A stretch of DNA of 20,000 nt from IMG/VR virus record IMGVR_UViG_3300043085_000044; one strand, given 5' to 3'. Both the position numbers and the translations under genes were made by a program. The notes below the pieces were generated by a model. It saw only the letters and a list, made by a program, of their open reading frames with translations, ran no database searches and was not told where the DNA came from. Shown here one piece after another: positions 18,929 to 20,000 of the stretch (the first letter of the stretch is position 1; every line of letters begins with the position of its first letter). Source of the DNA: an uncultured virus (IMG/VR IMGVR_UViG_3300043085_000044) (lineage: Duplodnaviria > Heunggongvirae > Uroviricota > Caudoviricetes > Crassvirales).

Positions 18929-19235
18929 GTTTAAGTAGATGTTTATTCTTTTCCAACCTCTTAACCTCGTGAATCAGGTAGATAATAGCCTTATTCAAGT
19001 CCTCAATCTCTTTATCAAGGCAATCAATGCCAAACTCACCTTTATGCCCTGCTCTTATAAGATACTTGATTGCATTGCCTCTATTGAAGTTGAGTTCTGC
19101 AACAATATCCATAAGGTCAACGCCAAACTTCTCCTGAAACCAATAATAATGGCTTGGATGAAGTCTTTCTACATTACCTCCGATAATTTCTTCTCCTGAA
19201 TTGTTGGATGAATATAATTCGTTTACTCGTGCCAT
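18903..19235 (-). CDS. DUF3310 (SaV-like) phage protein
   Basis: HPSHY...FNRGNAIKYLIRAGHK...EDLNKAIIYL pattern. Confidence 0.88.
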   Translation of the reverse strand: MARVNELYSSNNSGEEIIGGNVERLHPSHYYWFQEKFGVDLMDIVAELNFNRGNAIKYLIRAGHKGEFGIDCLDKEIEDLNKAIIYLIHEVKRLEKNKHLLKLDQKNASV

Positions 19236-19480
19236 AATACTCCTGTCATGTTATATTGATGTAAAACAGCAATCAATAAGTCAAAATGCTTTTGCTGTTT
19301 TTCATCGAGTTTTAAAATATCTATTTTTATTTTCTCTACATAATTAGCTCCAGCTGGGATTCTACACCAGTTAGCTATGGTTTTCCCATAACTAACTAAG
19401 TGTGAACCAGTTGACTCTAAGTTTCCTGCTTTGCCACATTCTTCAAGTATGAATTTGCAAAGCACTTGCCTGTTTGTCAT
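19223..19480 (-). CDS. Hypothetical protein (85 aa)
   Basis: Fills the gap and overlaps both neighbours (ATGA-type coupling with the upstream gene); no motif recognised. Confidence 0.65.
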   Translation of the reverse strand: MTNRQVLCKFILEECGKAGNLESTGSHLVSYGKTIANWCRIPAGANYVEKIKIDILKLDEKQQKHFDLLIAVLHQYNMTGVLWHE

Positions 19481-19947
19481 TTCAGATATAATTTCTTTGT
19501 TTTGAAATCTACAATAATGCCATACTTATTAAGGAAGTCAGAACCAAGTAGTCCATGAATAGGACTATCACCAACCCTTTCAAAACTACTATCCAACATA
19601 GGATTAATGGCGAGATTTACCCTGAAAGTCTTATCAGCATATTGCAGTGTGGTAGAAAGCATAGTATCAACTTCTGCGTCCCCAAGGCCAAACAGCTTTA
19701 AATTTGCCTTTCTTCTTCTACCATCAAACTTATCTGCAAAGCCTGAATGAACGCTTGACAAACTGGCGCCAGTATCTATAAGAAACTTATAAATAATACC
19801 TTTATGCCTAAGCAGAATCACAGGTAAATCATACTCATTAAAACTTGTTGAAAAGTCAATTGCGTATTTGTGTCTTCTGTACATTGTTGCTCCCAAAGAG
19901 AGAACAACAATGCAAAGAAGTAATGTCGTAATTACAAAAATATTCAT
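19477..19947 (-). CDS. Retropepsin-like aspartyl protease with N-terminal membrane anchor/signal
   Basis: FLIDTGAS catalytic motif and GLLGSDFL C-terminal motif; hydrophobic N-terminus FVITTLLLCIVVLSLGA followed by basic YRRHK. Confidence 0.88.
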   Translation of the reverse strand: MNIFVITTLLLCIVVLSLGATMYRRHKYAIDFSTSFNEYDLPVILLRHKGIIYKFLIDTGASLSSVHSGFADKFDGRRRKANLKLFGLGDAEVDTMLSTTLQYADKTFRVNLAINPMLDSSFERVGDSPIHGLLGSDFLNKYGIIVDFKTKKLYLK

Positions 19948-19950
19948 ATA

Positions 19951-20000
19951 TTAATCATTATGCCCTGTTCCTTCACCAAGGCCTCCTCTATTATCATTAT
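19951..20000 (-). CDS. dut: 3' end of a probable dUTPase (partial)
   Basis: Minus strand reads ...NDNRGGLGEGTGHND*, resembling dUTPase motif 5 (RGGFGSTG); nucleotide-metabolism context. Only 15 codons are visible. Confidence 0.55.
   Translation of the reverse strand, partial: NDNRGGLGEGTGHND

Noticed and set aside
4840..19199. Short alternative-frame or + strand ORFs overlapping the minus-strand genes and the terminator
   Set aside because: Overlapped by well-supported genes or the terminator, with no recognisable products.
1..20000. Stop-codon reassignment (seen in some crAss-like phages)
   Set aside because: Genes tile densely as long ORFs in the standard code. The only break is explained by the intron.
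1..20000. tRNA genes, CRISPR arrays, DGR template/variable repeats
   Set aside because: No cloverleaf, no regularly spaced repeats and no reverse transcriptase were seen. Differences between the 842 and 3170 repeat copies are not adenine-specific.

Overview
The window is part of an AT-rich crAss-like (Crassvirales, Bacteroidota-infecting) phage genome read in the standard genetic code. Three giant virion-cargo type genes dominate it. The first is a + strand protein of over 1600 aa with a zincin HExxH domain, which starts before the window. The second is a - strand crAss-type single-polypeptide RNA polymerase. The third is a 1346-aa - strand protein with a degenerate zincin motif. The RNAP appears as two ORFs but is one gene: a 941-nt group I intron (12727->11787), carrying a LAGLIDADG homing endonuclease, sits inside the catalytic motif. 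Splicing predicted from P1/P10 pairing restores GSDFD|VDK and a protein of about 2516 aa. To the right is a nucleotide-metabolism cluster: thyX, thioredoxin, a Zn-ribbon protein, DUF3310, a hypothetical protein, an aspartyl protease and the 3' end of a probable dUTPase. Two less obvious patterns stand out. First, the RNAP+1346-aa block is bounded by an 18-19 bp inverted repeat next to two terminators, and flipping it would give a co-directional order of the three giant genes. Second, the three giant proteins carry terminal cysteines in a head-to-tail pattern that matches that order. All family calls come from motif recognition; no database searches were run.
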